A stretch of 61,898 bases of DNA from Patescibacteria group bacterium (GTDB taxonomy: Bacteria > Patescibacteriota > Minisyncoccia > Phycocordibacterales > XYD1-FULL-46-19), in assembly GCA_048617235.1 (NCBI GenBank), contig JBMCHT010000002.1:1-61898 (forward strand), read 5' to 3'. Shown here piece by piece: positions 1 through 9,470 of the stretch. The notes beneath the pieces are model-generated. The model was given only the letters and a program-made list of their open reading frames with translations. It made no database searches and was not told where the DNA came from. Within the stretch, counting starts at the first letter, position 1, and every line of letters starts with the position of its first letter. Position numbers and translations under genes: made by a program.

Positions 1-85
1 CTTTTTTTACCTCTTCTACTGCTTGTTTCCAACTGTGGTAGAGAGGGGTTATTTCTGAGCAGATTGTTTTTTTGTCTGTAGGCAT
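1..85 (-). CDS. N-terminal fragment (first 28 codons) of a second LRR-protein paralogue; the gene runs off the left edge
   Basis: The reverse complement reads MPTDKKTICSEITPLYHSWKQAVEEVKK from the ATG at 85..83. 80/85 nt are identical to 930..1014, the 5' end of the adjacent LRR gene. Confidence 0.7.
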   Translation of the reverse strand, partial: MPTDKKTICSEITPLYHSWKQAVEEVKK

Positions 86-93
86 AGAGAGGA

Positions 94-1014
94 TTAAATA
101 TTAACACCGTAAATTGTAACATCAGGGTTCCTCTGCCGGTATTCTCGGAGTTTTTCTTGCCATTCTTCGGAGGTGGTGTTTTCGGGGAGGGTAACCCTGT
201 CAAGAGAAAGTGTTTGTAAACCATCCGGGAAGATGATGTTTGATGGGAGGGTGGCTCCGTTAAGCCAAAGAGTTTGCAAACCATCCGGGAAGGTGATGTT
301 TGGTGAGAGGGTGGCTCCGTTAAGACGAAGAACTTGTAAACCATCCGGGAAGGAAATATTTGGTGGGATCTTAGCTCTTTCAAGAGAAAGACTTTGTAAA
401 CCATCCGGGAAGGTGATGTTTGATGGGAGTTTAGCTTCATCAAGATAAAGTCCCTGTAAACTATCCGAGAAGGAAATATTTAGTGGGAGTTCAACTCCCT
501 TAAGATAAAGCCATTGCAAACCATCCGGGAAGGTGATGTTTTTAGGGAGGGTGGCTTTGTTAAGAGAAAGCCATTGTAAACCATCCGGGAAGGTGATGTC
601 TGCCGGGGGGGTGACTCTGTCAAGAGAAAGTGTTTGTAAACCATCCGGAAAAGGTGGATTATCTTTATGGCTTAAGTCTTTGTCGTTTAAGTTAAGATAA
701 GTAACTCTGCCATTTTCTTCTTCCCAGTTATTTATCCCCACATCTTGATAATATTCCAGAATGAGAGCGTCTTTTAAGATGATGGTTTTATCTTCATATT
801 GAGTGTTTTCTTCTTTTTTCTTGAAATAAGCTTCTTTGGCTGTTTGAGCTTTTATTAGAGCTTGTTTAAGGTTTTCTTTGAGAGTTTGGAGGTTGTCCTC
901 TGCTCCGGCATTCTGGAAGGAGTCTTTGGCTTTTTTTACCTCTTCTACTGCTTGTTTCCAACTGTGGTAGAGAGGGGTTATTTCGGAGCAGATTGTTTTT
1001 TGGGTGGTAGGCAT
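94..1014 (-). CDS. leucine-rich-repeat protein: helical N-terminal region followed by 8 x 20-aa FPDGLQxLxL....LPxNIx repeats
   Basis: 306-aa ORF with eight consecutive 20-residue repeats. No obvious signal peptide. Confidence 0.8.
   Translation of the reverse strand: MPTTQKTICSEITPLYHSWKQAVEEVKKAKDSFQNAGAEDNLQTLKENLKQALIKAQTAKEAYFKKKEENTQYEDKTIILKDALILEYYQDVGINNWEEENGRVTYLNLNDKDLSHKDNPPFPDGLQTLSLDRVTPPADITFPDGLQWLSLNKATLPKNITFPDGLQWLYLKGVELPLNISFSDSLQGLYLDEAKLPSNITFPDGLQSLSLERAKIPPNISFPDGLQVLRLNGATLSPNITFPDGLQTLWLNGATLPSNIIFPDGLQTLSLDRVTLPENTTSEEWQEKLREYRQRNPDVTIYGVNI
170..660. repeat. eight tandem 60-bp units (coding repeats of the LRR gene)
   Basis: The ccatccgggaag core recurs at 221, 281, 341, 401, 461 (diverged), 521, 581 and 641. 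The 60-nt period matches the print line length. Confidence 0.9.
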
Positions 1015-1154
1015 GGTCTTTATTATCTTAACAAAAAATTATGAATATGAATATTGATAATTTTTTATTTGAAAAATTTGAAAATAAAATAATCTTTGAG
1101 ATTATAATTTTTGAGTTTCATTTTCTAAATAATCCTACAATACTATAAATAAAA

Positions 1155-1195
1155 CACAAATAAAAACGGCCGGAGCTTTTGCAAACTCCGACCGC
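1155..1195 (-). terminator. intrinsic terminator downstream of the GC-rich 350-aa gene
   Basis: Minus-strand stem GGTCGGAG/CTCCGGCC with a 10-nt loop, followed by TTTTTATTTG. Confidence 0.6.
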
Positions 1196-1211
1196 TGTAA
1201 CGACAAAAAAA

Positions 1212-2264
1212 TTAACCCAGCCCGGCAGGATGGATTGATAAGTGGAGGTGCTCCACCTCTTCGACGTACTCGGAGGAGATGGTAACCACCAACTTCTCCG
1301 AGCCGCCGGGGATGAATATCCGGATGAGGGATCCACCCAGATATTCCACCGCCACCGGCACCACCTCCATTGGCCCCCAGTCCTGATGGGCCCAGACTTC
1401 CACCTGCCCGGGAAATTCCGGCAGGTGAAGGTAAGTAGCCTCCCCCGGCCGGCGCCGGAGAGTAAAGGATCGAGCCGGGATCCAGTCTCCAGCCTCGGTC
1501 TCCTCCCAGTTGCTCAACTCGAGCACCCGGAAGGAAACCGACTGCCGATTAACTAAGTCAATCGGCAAGACATCGCCGGCCAGGCGAACGCTGACCGGAT
1601 TACCCTCCCCCGTCGTCGGGAGCGAGACTGGATCCAACTCCCCGGTGGCCACCATCTGGCCATCACCGGTTAAGATTCGCCAATAGGACTGACGAACCAT
1701 AGGATCTGGCCAGAAAGTGAATCCTTCGGTTTCGGGGTCATAAACAGCCCGAATCCGACCGTCCACCTCCAACACCAGACCGGCAGGATCAACATTCTCC
1801 TCCGGCTGATACGGTAGGAACCGCTCTTCAGCCGTCGGATTAAGGGTAATCCCGATGGGATCACCGGGATCCAAAGTGGCCACCCGAGTGTGTCCGTAAA
1901 GAACACTCCTGCCGGACGAGTCTCGGCCGACCAAATTTATCCTATAACCCTCAACTGGCCCGTCCGCGTTCTCAGGCAACCCCGGCAGGGGGTTGTCAGG
2001 GTCATCAAAGATGATCTCCCCGGCAACCTCGAACCGGGTCACCCAGAACTCCGGGGTCATCCGAAATGATCCACGAACCATCCCGGATTGCCGAGAAAAA
2101 GAAAAGTGACCACGGAAGTGGTCTACCCGATGACGCAAATAAATCTGCGCCAATTCCGTACCTAAGGTTTCCGACTCGGAAACCTCAGGAACCTCTTCCA
2201 CCCCGGCCACCGCCGCCGAAGCGACGACCACAACGATCAAAAACGAAAAAATGAAACCCATCAC
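1212..2264 (-). CDS. secreted hypothetical protein (signal peptide, beta-rich), in a GC-rich island
   Basis: 350-aa ORF with hydrophobic N-terminus MMGFIFSFLIVVVVASAAVAG. Its ATGA overlaps the upstream ORF. Composition differs sharply from the flanks. Confidence 0.7.
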   Translation of the reverse strand: MMGFIFSFLIVVVVASAAVAGVEEVPEVSESETLGTELAQIYLRHRVDHFRGHFSFSRQSGMVRGSFRMTPEFWVTRFEVAGEIIFDDPDNPLPGLPENADGPVEGYRINLVGRDSSGRSVLYGHTRVATLDPGDPIGITLNPTAEERFLPYQPEENVDPAGLVLEVDGRIRAVYDPETEGFTFWPDPMVRQSYWRILTGDGQMVATGELDPVSLPTTGEGNPVSVRLAGDVLPIDLVNRQSVSFRVLELSNWEETEAGDWIPARSFTLRRRPGEATYLHLPEFPGQVEVWAHQDWGPMEVVPVAVEYLGGSLIRIFIPGGSEKLVVTISSEYVEEVEHLHLSIHPAGLG

Positions 2265-2515
2265 TCTTCCTCCACCCGGTGGAACCGGGTCATGTTGAAT
2301 CCGGCCACCACCTCACCAGAGATGGCGACAACTTCTGCCTGAGCCGGCCTCGGTTTAACCGACTCCGACTCTTCCTTTTCTTCGATTGTCTGAACCACCG
2401 GTCCCTCAGGCTGGTTCTCGATCGCCTCCGGCATCTCCGGCCTTGACCAGAGAAACCAGACTGTGGCCATCATTAAGATGACCACAAGCCCCGTCAGGGG
2501 CCACAAATTCTTCAT
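2261..2515 (-). CDS. small membrane-anchored hypothetical protein (GC-rich island)
   Basis: The internal Met (MKNLWPLTGLVVILMMATVWFLW...) is preceded by AAGGAGGAAGGAA. There is one TM segment. The track ORF extends to 2593, but that extension lacks an RBS. Confidence 0.6.
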   Translation of the reverse strand: MKNLWPLTGLVVILMMATVWFLWSRPEMPEAIENQPEGPVVQTIEEKEESESVKPRPAQAEVVAISGEVVAGFNMTRFHRVEEE

Positions 2516-2609
2516 TTCCTTCCTCCTTCTTTTTTTGTCAAAAAAAAATAAAACAGAGGACAACCCCCTGCTCTCCATCGGGAATAATAGCATATTATAC
2601 CCTAGTTTG

Positions 2610-3809
2610 TCAACCCCCGTATCTACCCAAAAAACCCGTCGTAAACTCTTTATAATTGTTGTCTATAATAGCTTGGCGGAGGTTATCTACTAATTGATTA
2701 ATAAAAAACAAATTATGAACAGAAGCCAGAACCGGCCCTAGCATCTCCCCGGCTCTAAACAAATGAGCCAAATAAGCCCGAGTAAAGTTTTGACAAGTAT
2801 AGCAATCGCAATCGGCTTCCAAGGGTTGAAAATCTTTTTTATACTTACTGTTTAAAATATTAATCCTCCCCTCTTTAGTATCTAAAGTACCGTTTCTGGC
2901 CATGCGAGTCGGGGCTACACAATCAAAAGTATCGGCTCCATTGGATACTCCCAAAATTAAATCCTCCGGCCGACCAATTCCCAATAAATGTCGTGATTTA
3001 TCCGGTGGTAAAATAGAATTAACCCAAGTTAAAGCCGTATCCAAATCTTCTTTAACAAAAGAACCGCCAATCCCAAAACCGGCAAAATCCATTCCGGCTA
3101 TTATTCTAGCCGATTCTTGCCGTAAATCCTGAAATCGTCCCCCTTGAACAATCCCGAATAAACCTTGTTTTTTATTTTGACCGGAGGCCTGGTGAGCCCG
3201 AAGAGATCTCTCAGCCCAAGTGTGAGTTCTGTCCATGGCCTTTTTTTGGTAATCATAATCGGCAGTAGGAGTGGTACATTCATCAAAAGCAAATATAATA
3301 TCCGCCCCCAGATTATGTTGAATAGCCATGGAAATCTCCGGAGTTAATCTATGCTCCCGCCCGTCAATATGGGATTTAAAAGTTACTCCTTCATCATCAA
3401 TTTGAGCCGGTTTAGAAACCACTGTCAGTTTTTCTTCTGTAATATTTTGACTACTGGCAAATTTAGATATTCCTCCTTGACCATAAGCCGCTCCTAAAGA
3501 AAAGACCTGGAAACCACCGGAGTCTGTCATTATCGGTCCTGACCAATTCATAAATTGGTGTAAACCACCGGCTGTAGCCACTACTTCATCCCCCGGTTGC
3601 AATAATAAATGATAAGTATTAGCCAAGACTACTTGAGCTCCCAGAGTTTTGACTTGATCCGGTGACAGAGCTTTAACCGTGGCCTTAGTACCCACTGTCA
3701 CAAAAGCCGGGGTTTTTATTGGTCCGTGAGGAGTGTTAATTACTCCGGCTCGACCCAAGCCATTATCTAATTCGGCTTCAATTTTAAAATTAATCGGTTT
3801 AGTATCCAT
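2610..3809 (-). CDS. tgt: queuine tRNA-ribosyltransferase (tRNA-guanine transglycosylase)
   Basis: TDSGGFQV catalytic motif, a CDCYTC...H zinc site, and typical N-terminus and length. Confidence 0.9.
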   Translation of the reverse strand: MDTKPINFKIEAELDNGLGRAGVINTPHGPIKTPAFVTVGTKATVKALSPDQVKTLGAQVVLANTYHLLLQPGDEVVATAGGLHQFMNWSGPIMTDSGGFQVFSLGAAYGQGGISKFASSQNITEEKLTVVSKPAQIDDEGVTFKSHIDGREHRLTPEISMAIQHNLGADIIFAFDECTTPTADYDYQKKAMDRTHTWAERSLRAHQASGQNKKQGLFGIVQGGRFQDLRQESARIIAGMDFAGFGIGGSFVKEDLDTALTWVNSILPPDKSRHLLGIGRPEDLILGVSNGADTFDCVAPTRMARNGTLDTKEGRINILNSKYKKDFQPLEADCDCYTCQNFTRAYLAHLFRAGEMLGPVLASVHNLFFINQLVDNLRQAIIDNNYKEFTTGFLGRYGG

Positions 3810-3875
3810 TTTTTAAATTAAGAAACAGAAACATCCTAACATATATCAGGATAATCACATCTTTAAAAAAGACTT

Positions 3876-5855
3876 TTAATACACCGGATTACAAGCCTCA
3901 CAAATACCAAATTCTTCCAATTTATCCAAATAAGCAATCACTGTTCTAACATATTCAGCATGACTCCAAACCAAAGGTCTGGCTGAAAAAGGTTGGCCGG
4001 TTTGCGGATGAAATTGTTCGGCTAATAAACCATCCGGTTGTGATCTGGTTACCGCCCAAGCTAATAATTTTTTAACTTCATCCAAATCGGATTCTTTTTT
4101 AGCTCTATCCACTAAATATTGAGCCTGCCACATAGTGGTTATTAACCAAGGATTGGTTGGTGAATGGTCACTGTCTCGGTAATAAGCGTCATTTTCATAA
4201 CGAGATAAACCACCAATATCGGCAGACAATTTTTCCACCATATAATCCATTTCCTTTTTAAGCTCCGGATCATCCGCTGCCAATAAACCAAATTGATGTA
4301 AACCGTGAACTGCCGACATATCCGCCACCCAATTGGGTTCCAATTTTCCTTCTTTATTATAAAGCAGGGCTTGAGCATAATGACCGGTTTCCGGATGACG
4401 CAAATGTTCCATTAAACCTTTTTTAACCGCTTCCGCTGTTTGGCGGTAACGATTGGCACTTTTTACTTTACCTAAAATTTCGGCAAAACCGGTAGCAGCC
4501 ATTAAAGCACCATAAACAGCACAAACAGTATAAGTATGAACTCCCCAACGTTCTTCCCATAAATCATAGCTGGGATGTGGCAGACCGGTTTCCCAATCTC
4601 TGTAAGTTACCATGAAATCCGCGGCTGATTTTATTAAGGAATTATAAATTGTTTCTATAAATTCCAAATCTTTAGCTATACCATAATGTTGCCAGAGGGC
4701 GAAAATAACCGAAGCGGTGGAATCTTCTTGAATCGGTAATTGTTGTCGACCGTCCGGAGCCACCCATGGATGCCAAGAACTACCAACAGAACCATCCGGA
4801 GAATATTTATGCAAAAAATAACCATCCTTATCTATCACCTCAGAAGCAAACAAAAAGAATTTGCGAACCACTCCCCAATCACCCACTCGATCTAAAGCTA
4901 AAGCGGCATAAGCCGAATCTCTGGGCCAGACATAAGCATAAGTATCTTTTCCATGTTGTAACATCCCGGAATCTCCGGAGGCAATTATACCTCCACCCAA
5001 ATCCACGTGAGACCGGATAACAAACAAAGAACGATTAAATAAATCTACTGTCTCTTGAGATAAACCATAAAAATTAAAATTCTGACGATTAACCCAAGCA
5101 TGCCAATAATCTTGACCGGTTCTGATTAAATAACCGGGGCCTTTGCTTTTAACATAAGCATTCAATTCGATAACTTCTTCAATACTATGGCCAACGGCCA
5201 ACCAATAATATAAAAATTTATTTTCCCCGGCTTGAAAACTGTCGTGTAAACCAATAACTGAATCTGCTTGACCATGTTCTATCGGATTACCGGAAAGACG
5301 ACCGTCTTGGGCATCTATATGGGTTCCTTCTTTACCTTCGGCTCCAAAAACTCCGGTACTGAATTCTTCAAACCCTCGACCTTCCAATTCGGCATTAACC
5401 AAAAAAGCTCGGCGATTACGGTAATGAATAATTGACTGGCATCGAGGATCATAATAGGCAGTATGGGCTACATGAGATTGATGTGGTTCAAATTGTTGAC
5501 CGAAGAAAATCTTAATATCTCGAGCTGGTCCTTTATTAGAAACAACTATTTGCCGAAAGAAAATATTTTTTTCATTGTAAACCGAATCGGTTATTTTTAA
5601 TTCTAAACCTAAATTAGAATTAATAGCTGTTATTTTACCGGCAAAAACATCGGGATCCATTTTAATATCCAATTGCCAAGAATCGTCATTTAACCAAGAC
5701 ATCCGCCCATCAACCCAAACTCCCAACTGATGTTTATAATGGCCCCCTATCTGATTCTCTAAACCAACATAAGGATAATACAAATCTCGAAGTTGGCCAT
5801 AACGATCCAAGTTAACCAAGATGTGACCATTCCCCAAGGTGACAGATTTAGACAT
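3876..5855 (-). CDS. glycoside hydrolase family 15 (glucoamylase/glucodextranase-like)
   Basis: 659 aa. The N-terminal beta-sandwich plus (alpha/alpha)6 region reads like GH15 (WPRDSAYAALAL, LWEERWG motifs). Confidence 0.8.
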   Translation of the reverse strand: MSKSVTLGNGHILVNLDRYGQLRDLYYPYVGLENQIGGHYKHQLGVWVDGRMSWLNDDSWQLDIKMDPDVFAGKITAINSNLGLELKITDSVYNEKNIFFRQIVVSNKGPARDIKIFFGQQFEPHQSHVAHTAYYDPRCQSIIHYRNRRAFLVNAELEGRGFEEFSTGVFGAEGKEGTHIDAQDGRLSGNPIEHGQADSVIGLHDSFQAGENKFLYYWLAVGHSIEEVIELNAYVKSKGPGYLIRTGQDYWHAWVNRQNFNFYGLSQETVDLFNRSLFVIRSHVDLGGGIIASGDSGMLQHGKDTYAYVWPRDSAYAALALDRVGDWGVVRKFFLFASEVIDKDGYFLHKYSPDGSVGSSWHPWVAPDGRQQLPIQEDSTASVIFALWQHYGIAKDLEFIETIYNSLIKSAADFMVTYRDWETGLPHPSYDLWEERWGVHTYTVCAVYGALMAATGFAEILGKVKSANRYRQTAEAVKKGLMEHLRHPETGHYAQALLYNKEGKLEPNWVADMSAVHGLHQFGLLAADDPELKKEMDYMVEKLSADIGGLSRYENDAYYRDSDHSPTNPWLITTMWQAQYLVDRAKKESDLDEVKKLLAWAVTRSQPDGLLAEQFHPQTGQPFSARPLVWSHAEYVRTVIAYLDKLEEFGICEACNPVY

Positions 5856-5869
5856 ATAAGTTTAAAAAA

Positions 5870-7072
5870 TTATTTTCTATTTGCTAGTCTTAATTGTAAA
5901 TCATTTAGAGCATTAATAAAAGACATAAAGGCATCATAAGGAGAAGCATAAGGATTAAAGTAGGCATGAACATCTCCGTCTTGCCACCATTTAGTGCACA
6001 TATAATAAAAATGATCAGAAGTTTGCAATCGGCGCCAGTCTTCTATTAAATCTGGTCGTTGAGATTTTATAATAACAGACCCTAGGCCATACAATCGGCT
6101 AATGGCCTCCAGTTGCATTTCATTTTCCAACCAAGCCGATAAATCTCTTTCGGTATCCGCCCAAGAAACATAATCGGGGCAGTCTATCTCTCCCACCGCC
6201 GGTAAAGTTTTAACCGCCATAGAAGGAGTTACTATTTCCAAATTTTCAATTTGACTCAGGGCTTGAGGTAAATTACGAATAAAATCAAAAATACCGGTAT
6301 CCGCCCACTGATGTTCGCCAAAAGTCTCATAATCCATAAACAAATTAATAATTTCTCCTCCGGCGGCAAAAGTTTGCCCCACCCATGAAGCAAATTTTTC
6401 CGCCGTTAACGGCCTCTCCGGCCAATGAGGATCTGAAAAACGAAAAGCGATATCATCGGATAATTTATAATTTTTAAGCAAGAGTTTAATTTTATTTTGC
6501 CCTGTCGGATAATAAAGATGATTGGGACTGCGCCAACCTAATAATTTATCCGCACCTTCGGCTAAAACTCCTCGGTAACCGGCCTCAGCCGCCCATTGAG
6601 CCAGCTCATTATGATAGATCAATTCAGTATTGCGTAAAATTTTCGGTTTTTGATCAAATAATTCTTCTATTAAATTCGCTTGTTTATTAACTTGTCGGGT
6701 AAATTCGTCTTTATCATACAAAAAAGATAAGGAATGGTAATAAGTCTCGGCTAAAAATTCCACTTGCCCGGTTTCAGCTAAAAGTCTAAAAAGATGCAAA
6801 GTTTCCGGACTAAAGTCTCTCATTTGCTCTAAAGTAATACCGGAGATAGAAAAACTTATCCGCCAATCGGGATTGTTTTTTAATATTTCCAACCACAATC
6901 GCCCCATTGGTAAATAACATTTGGAGGCTACTTTAGTCATTAAGCGTTCATTATTAAGATTGGTATCGGTTTTATCGTTAAAATATTTCAAACCGGTTCC
7001 CACATCAAAAATCCGCATCGGTCGAATCCGATAAGGCTGATGAACTTGAAAATAAAAACAAAGTTTGGCCAT
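5870..7072 (-). CDS. glycoside hydrolase family 57 (alpha-amylase/alpha-glucan-acting enzyme)
   Basis: The N-terminus FYFQVHQPYR and the ETFGEHQW segment are typical of GH57. Confidence 0.75.
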   Translation of the reverse strand: MAKLCFYFQVHQPYRIRPMRIFDVGTGLKYFNDKTDTNLNNERLMTKVASKCYLPMGRLWLEILKNNPDWRISFSISGITLEQMRDFSPETLHLFRLLAETGQVEFLAETYYHSLSFLYDKDEFTRQVNKQANLIEELFDQKPKILRNTELIYHNELAQWAAEAGYRGVLAEGADKLLGWRSPNHLYYPTGQNKIKLLLKNYKLSDDIAFRFSDPHWPERPLTAEKFASWVGQTFAAGGEIINLFMDYETFGEHQWADTGIFDFIRNLPQALSQIENLEIVTPSMAVKTLPAVGEIDCPDYVSWADTERDLSAWLENEMQLEAISRLYGLGSVIIKSQRPDLIEDWRRLQTSDHFYYMCTKWWQDGDVHAYFNPYASPYDAFMSFINALNDLQLRLANRK

Positions 7073-7076
7073 AATT

Positions 7077-8291
7077 TTAAATTGACCCTAATAAAGATTT
7101 ATAAACATTCAAATAACCGGCTACTGATCTATCCCAAGTCCATTCCCCAGCTTCTGACCCCCCTAATCTTTTTAGAGTTTGAGCCATAGCCGGCTCATCG
7201 GTTAAAGTTATTATTTTAGCTGTCAAGTCATCCACATCCCAAAAATCCACTTTCAAAGCATGATTCAAAATCTCAGCTACTCCCGATTGACGCGAAACCA
7301 AAACCGGAGTACCGCAGGCCAAAGCCTCTAGAGGTGTTAAACCAAAAGGCTCGGACACACTGGGTAAAACATATAAATCGGCTGAAGCATAAAGACTGTC
7401 TAAATCTTGACCTCGAGCAAAACCGGCAAATATTATTTTATCACTCAAACCCCATTCGGCCACTTGAGTTATTAATTTTCTTTCCATATCTCCGGAACCG
7501 GCAATAATAAATCTTAAATGAGGTCGCCAACTTAAAGCCAGCCGAGCCGCCGCTAAAAAATAATCCGGTCCTTTTTGAATAGTTAGCCGACCGGCAAATA
7601 AAACAATCGGGAATCCGGCCGCCGACCAAGAAGCTATTTTTTTCTTAATTTTGGGTCGATAAGCACTACCATTATGTACCACTTCAATCTTATTCGGATT
7701 AACTTTGTAATTTTCCATCAAGGTTTGTTTAGTTCTTTGACTAATAGCCACCACCTTGTCCGCTTTGGTTAAACCTTCTTGTTCTATTTCCAAAACAGCC
7801 GGATGACCTCCTTGACCGCCAGTTCTATCATATTCGGTGGCATGCACTTGATAAACAAAAGGTTGGCCGGAAATAGCGGCCGCTCTAATTCCTGCCGGTA
7901 CAGATAACCAATCGTGACCATGAATTACATTAAACCGACCGGAAGAAGCCACTTTATCTATCCCGGCTCCATAACGATAAACTTCTTCTATTAAATCCGA
8001 ACCATAAACCAGCTTAATATTCTCACCACCAACATAACCCAAACCAGAAGGATGAGAATAAGCCGTTAAAGGTGAATTAATTTTTAAAATTTTTATTTGA
8101 GCCATTAAATCTTCATTGGCAAAATCCAAAGCAACCGGCATTGTTTGATAATCCATTTTTTTAGGTAAAACAAAAACGGTCGGAACTTGTCGACGAGCCA
8201 AGGCTTCTAATATACCCTGACAAGCTGTTCCCAAACCGCCACTATTATGGGGAGGAAACTCCCAACCGAACATTAAAATTTTCGGCTCCAT
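7077..8291 (-). CDS. glycogen/alpha-glucan synthase-like glycosyltransferase (GT4/GT5 type)
   Basis: N-terminal FPPHNSGGLGTA motif and C-terminal EPFGLTPLEALACGTPV (E-x7-E) motif. Confidence 0.75.
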   Translation of the reverse strand: MEPKILMFGWEFPPHNSGGLGTACQGILEALARRQVPTVFVLPKKMDYQTMPVALDFANEDLMAQIKILKINSPLTAYSHPSGLGYVGGENIKLVYGSDLIEEVYRYGAGIDKVASSGRFNVIHGHDWLSVPAGIRAAAISGQPFVYQVHATEYDRTGGQGGHPAVLEIEQEGLTKADKVVAISQRTKQTLMENYKVNPNKIEVVHNGSAYRPKIKKKIASWSAAGFPIVLFAGRLTIQKGPDYFLAAARLALSWRPHLRFIIAGSGDMERKLITQVAEWGLSDKIIFAGFARGQDLDSLYASADLYVLPSVSEPFGLTPLEALACGTPVLVSRQSGVAEILNHALKVDFWDVDDLTAKIITLTDEPAMAQTLKRLGGSEAGEWTWDRSVAGYLNVYKSLLGSI

Positions 8292-8374
8292 TAACCCATA
8301 TTATAAACTGTTTAAAATAAAAAACCAGATTAAATTGTGGTTTTTATCGCCTTTGGTTATAATTAAATAAATTA

Positions 8375-8899
8375 ATGAAAGATAAATACCAAAAAACCAC
8401 ATATTTAAGAAATCTTATTTTTGGTGGTGAAGACAGCTTGGCTTCAGTTGTTGGATTAGCTGCCGGTGGTACGGCCGCCGGTTTGGATACTTCTGTTATT
8501 TTTCTATCCGGTTTTATTTTAATTATGGTAGAAGCCGTGGCTATGTCTGCCGGTAGTTTAATTTCAGAAAACTCTACGATTGAGTACAATACCGGAGAAA
8601 TTACCAGTTTAAAACAAGCCACCGGTGGTAGTTTGGCTATGTTTGCCTCTTATATAATTTTCGGTTTTATTCCTTTGTTGCCGTTTGTATTTATCAGTCA
8701 AACTCAAAATGCTTTAATTTTATCCACTATTTTAGCTTTGACTACTTTGGGTTTAATGGGTTTTTTAGCCGGAACAATTTCCGGAATCAGCCGACGACGT
8801 AAAGCTTTTCAATTTATAATTATTGGTGGTCTAGCAATTGGCCTCGGCTATATTATCGGTTATTTTGGAGATTATTTAATCAATGCTTTTATAAACTAA
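8375..8899 (+). CDS. VIT1/CCC1-family iron/manganese transporter (membrane domain only)
   Basis: FGGEDSLASVVGLAAG motif and multiple TM segments. Confidence 0.6.
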   Translation: MKDKYQKTTYLRNLIFGGEDSLASVVGLAAGGTAAGLDTSVIFLSGFILIMVEAVAMSAGSLISENSTIEYNTGEITSLKQATGGSLAMFASYIIFGFIPLLPFVFISQTQNALILSTILALTTLGLMGFLAGTISGISRRRKAFQFIIIGGLAIGLGYIIGYFGDYLINAFIN

Positions 8900-9447
8900 A
8901 CAATATCTTCAGTTTCTGTTTTTTTAATTATTTCTTGTAGATATTCGGTTACTTCTTCTATTACTTTCGACAAAGAAGTAAAAGTAGTATCAATAATAAC
9001 ATCAAAATTTTTATCGGCAGAAAAATCACTCAATTGATAATAATTTTTATATCTTTCAGCAATAGCCGCTTCTCGGCTAACAGTTTGTTTTTTAGCTTCT
9101 TCTATGGATAAATTATCTCTACCGGCTATTCGTTTAATTCGCTCATCAAATTGACAAGCCAATTTAATTTTGACTGAATCCGGGATAAAATACCAAGCCA
9201 AGCGACTCTCAAAAACAAAATTATCATGAGTTCGCCCATATTCAGATACCATTCTGTCTAATTCCAAATCAAAAATATTTTCTTTTTTAGCTTTATCTTC
9301 AAAATCATTCAAACTCAAACCTAGTTCAGTTGCTTTGGCTCGGAACATATCCCCTGAAGATTTAAAAGCATAATTCAAATTATCAGCCACTGCTCGTCCA
9401 ACTGATGAGGTTCCCACTCCGGCTAAACCAAAAATAGTTATTTTCAT
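8896..9447 (-). CDS. cmk: cytidylate kinase, short (archaeal-like) type
   Basis: P-loop FGLAGVGTSS in a protein of about 180 aa with NMP-kinase layout. Confidence 0.65.
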   Translation of the reverse strand: MKITIFGLAGVGTSSVGRAVADNLNYAFKSSGDMFRAKATELGLSLNDFEDKAKKENIFDLELDRMVSEYGRTHDNFVFESRLAWYFIPDSVKIKLACQFDERIKRIAGRDNLSIEEAKKQTVSREAAIAERYKNYYQLSDFSADKNFDVIIDTTFTSLSKVIEEVTEYLQEIIKKTETEDIV

Positions 9448-9470
9448 AAAATAATATTATTTCAAAATAT

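Noticed and set aside
173-448. A 91-aa plus-strand ORF, and the 862..1044 ORF, lie inside the LRR gene.
   Set aside because: These are antisense shadows of the repeat. Their periodic sequence simply mirrors the LRR repeats, and they lack an RBS.
170-660. A regular 60-bp periodic repeat could be mistaken for a CRISPR array.
   Set aside because: The units abut one another with no unique spacers. They lie in frame within one long ORF and encode 20-aa LRR units. No cas genes are present.
1118-2254. Several extra ORFs lie in the GC-rich island (1118..1336, 1242..1556, 1670..1906, 2066..2254).
   Set aside because: They are overlapping or antisense ORFs, which are expected by chance in GC-rich DNA. 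The 350-aa frame has the signal peptide, gene coupling and a terminator.
2516-2609. A TATAAT box, a TTGACA box and a T9 run lie between tgt and the GC-rich island.
   Set aside because: The hexamers are not at a functional spacing relative to each other (8 nt). I could not pair a convincing stem before the T-run. No promoter or terminator was called.
8344-8622. A 92-aa minus-strand ORF overlaps the VIT-family gene.
   Set aside because: It is antisense to a gene with clear family motifs and has no independent support.
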